NCBI GenBank assembly: GCA_046758365.1
Contig: JBHIAC010000025.1
Span: 1 to 29,747 of the forward strand
Length of the DNA stretch: 29,747 bases
Direction of reading: 5' to 3'
DNA from: a bacterium
GTDB taxonomy: Bacteria > Zhuqueibacterota > Zhuqueibacteria > Oceanimicrobiales > Oceanimicrobiaceae
The position numbers and the translations under genes are program-made. Position 1 is the stretch's first letter; each line of letters starts with the position of its first letter. Below are positions 27,604-29,747 of the stretch, one piece after another. The notes under the pieces were generated by a model. The model saw only the letters and a program-made list of their open reading frames with translations, was not told where the DNA came from and did not search any database.

Positions 27604-29034
27604 TTGATGAATCAAAAACTTATAAAGCTGTTTGAGTTGCACTTTGGTGAAAAGGTTAGCAAAATAACACCAATAAAGGCCGATGGTTCAGACCGAAAAC
27701 TCTACCGACTATTCAGTGAGAATCGTTCGGTTATTGGTGTGGAATATGCGGTTCGAGCCGAAAATATCGCATTTTTGGAATTTTCACGGCACTTTCACAA
27801 TCATGGATTGCCTGTGCCTGAAATTTATGTCGAGGATTTGGACTCAGATATCTATTTGGAAGAGGATCTGGGAGATCTAACATTGTTTGACGCTTTGGTT
27901 CAGGCTCAAGGGGACCGGGAAGAGTTTCCTGCGGGAATTGTGGAAATTTACAAAAAAGTAGTGCGGATTCTACCTGAATTTCAAATTAATGTTGGGAAAA
28001 CGTTGAATTATAACATCTGTTATCCCAGACACAGTTTTGATCGCCAATCCATGATGTGGGATTTGAATTACTTTAAATACTATTTTCTCAAGCTTGCCAA
28101 AATTCCATTCAATGAACAAAAACTCGAGGACGACTTTGACCGTTTCACGAACTTTCTGTTGCAAGCAGAGCATGATTATTTTCTTTATCGTGACTTTCAA
28201 TCACGGAACATCATGATTCGCGAAGGTGAGCCTTATTTTATCGACTACCAGGGTGGACGTCGTGGTGCTCTGCAGTATGATATTGCTTCACTGCTATTCG
28301 ATGCCAAGGCCAACCTTCCATTTGACCTTAGAGACAAGTTGCTAAAAACTTATCTGGATGCCGCAACCGAGCGTGTGCCGATTGATTGTCAGCAATTCCT
28401 CAAATATTACTATGGTTACGTGCTTATACGAATCATGCAAGCCATGGGGGCCTATGGTTTTCGTGGATTTTACGAACGCAAGCCCCAATTCTTGCAGAGC
28501 GTACCCTATGCCATTCGTAATCTTGAATTCGTTCTTCGCACGGCTGAATTGACTGTCAAACTGCCAACGCTTATGGATATTTTGCATGGTCTCGTACGTT
28601 CCACACGCTTGCGCGAAATTGCTAATGTGGAGCTTCCTTTGACGGTACGTATTCAAAGTTTTTCATATAAACAAGGACTGCCTAAAGAGGATACCGGCCA
28701 TGGGGGTGGATTCATATTCGATTGCCGTTCCCTACCTAATCCTGGACGAATTGTAAAATTTACTCATCAGACGGGAAATGATCCAGAGGTTATCTCTTTT
28801 CTCGAAAATAAGGAAGAAGTGCACAGCTTCATGACCCGTGTTCGCGACTTAATTAACCAAGTTGTAGAAAATTATCAAGGTCGTAATTTTAGCCATCTTT
28901 CGGTTGCATTTGGGTGCACAGGTGGTCAGCATCGTTCGGTCTATTGCGCCAATCTGCTTGCTAAGCATCTAGGTGATAAATATCAAGTGAACGTCGAGGT
29001 AACACATCGTGATTTAGAAAAGAACGAAGATTGA
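27604..29034 (+). CDS. amgK: AmgK-like anomeric MurNAc/GlcNAc kinase (APH fold) fused to a RapZ C-terminal domain
   Basis: GSDRKLYR, LEEDLGD, YRDFQSRNIM, IDYQG...YDIASLL; then SFSYKQG, FIFDCRSLPNP, FGCTGGQHRSVY. Confidence 0.85.
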   Translation: MMNQKLIKLFELHFGEKVSKITPIKADGSDRKLYRLFSENRSVIGVEYAVRAENIAFLEFSRHFHNHGLPVPEIYVEDLDSDIYLEEDLGDLTLFDALVQAQGDREEFPAGIVEIYKKVVRILPEFQINVGKTLNYNICYPRHSFDRQSMMWDLNYFKYYFLKLAKIPFNEQKLEDDFDRFTNFLLQAEHDYFLYRDFQSRNIMIREGEPYFIDYQGGRRGALQYDIASLLFDAKANLPFDLRDKLLKTYLDAATERVPIDCQQFLKYYYGYVLIRIMQAMGAYGFRGFYERKPQFLQSVPYAIRNLEFVLRTAELTVKLPTLMDILHGLVRSTRLREIANVELPLTVRIQSFSYKQGLPKEDTGHGGGFIFDCRSLPNPGRIVKFTHQTGNDPEVISFLENKEEVHSFMTRVRDLINQVVENYQGRNFSHLSVAFGCTGGQHRSVYCANLLAKHLGDKYQVNVEVTHRDLEKNED

Positions 29035-29139
29035 TTTTGTAATTATTCTACCTCAGAATTGCACGGAAAAAGATAATTAGTTGAAGCCAGTGTAAATTTG
29101 TGAGAATCGGTTGTAAATTATTTAGTAATTTCAAAAGCT

Positions 29140-29747
29140 ATGAAAGCCATGATCCTTGCAGCCGGGCTTGGAACCCGTCTGCGTCCCCGTACCAACACCC
29201 GTCCGAAAGCCTTGGTTGAAATTAACCAGGTCCCTCTACTCGAAATTGTCCTGAAACGCCTCGTCTCAGCCGGAGTCACCGAAGTCATCATTAATGTCCA
29301 TCATTTTGCTAACCAGATTGCGGAATTTCTCAAAGCCAAAGCCAACTTTGGAATCCGAATCGAGTTATCTTACGAAGAGCAGCTTCTGGATACTGGTGGG
29401 GGTATAAAAAAGACTAGCTACTTTTTTGATGATGCTAAATCGTTTTTCGTGCACAACGTTGATATCCTCAGTGATATTGATTTGAATAAAATGTATCGCT
29501 ATCATGTATCGCATGGAGGCTTGGCAACATTAGCCGTGAATAAACGTGAAACTTCCCGATACTTAATTTTTGATGAAGAAGAAAAACTTTGCGGTTGGAA
29601 ATCCCTGAAGCAGAACATAAATGAAATAGTGCGCCCCCCGATTGGGGAGACTAAACTTCTTGGTTTTTGCGGTATTCACGTAATTTCACCGCTCTTGTTT
29701 GAAAAGATGACCGAACAGGGGGCTTTTTCGATTATAACATGCTATTT
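29140..29747 (+). CDS. murU: MurU-like sugar-1-phosphate nucleotidyltransferase (3' partial; missing from the ORF track)
   Basis: Manual translation MKAMILAAGLGTRLRPRTNTRPKALVEI...IINVHHF...EEQLLDTGGG...HNVDILSDIDL; follows the amgK-like gene. Confidence 0.85.
   Translation, partial: MKAMILAAGLGTRLRPRTNTRPKALVEINQVPLLEIVLKRLVSAGVTEVIINVHHFANQIAEFLKAKANFGIRIELSYEEQLLDTGGGIKKTSYFFDDAKSFFVHNVDILSDIDLNKMYRYHVSHGGLATLAVNKRETSRYLIFDEEEKLCGWKSLKQNINEIVRPPIGETKLLGFCGIHVISPLLFEKMTEQGAFSIITCY

Overview
AT-rich chromosomal window from a Gram-negative bacterium (TonB receptor, lipoproteins and an AmgK-RapZ fusion suggest the FCB group; lineage is inference). In order: a partial lexA with candidate operators; an MFS transporter; an ECF sigma / zinc-finger anti-sigma / two exported HEAT-repeat protein operon ending in a broken third HEAT fragment; a lipoprotein plus TonB-dependent receptor; a cluster of a divergent PurD-like ATP-grasp ligase, an alanine-racemase-family enzyme and an Ate/Bpt-like aminoacyl-tRNA transferase followed by a Wzi-like protein; a TPP-riboswitch-controlled thiS-thiG...thiE cluster interrupted by a hybrid kinase and a GIY-YIG-like gene; decayed toxin-antitoxin genes (frameshifted DUF433, hicB split by a 99-bp MITE, degenerate hicA) around a PmbA/TldE gene; a REC-PP2C phosphatase; a sigma54-driven lipoprotein; and amgK-rapZ fusion plus partial murU. 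Intergenic DNA carries several gene relics (cytochrome c peroxidase-like, MscS-like) and REP-like palindromes. Best candidates for an undescribed system: the ATP-grasp/racemase/tRNA-transferase trio and the ECF-ZAS-HEAT operon. All family calls come from motif recognition by eye, not database searches.
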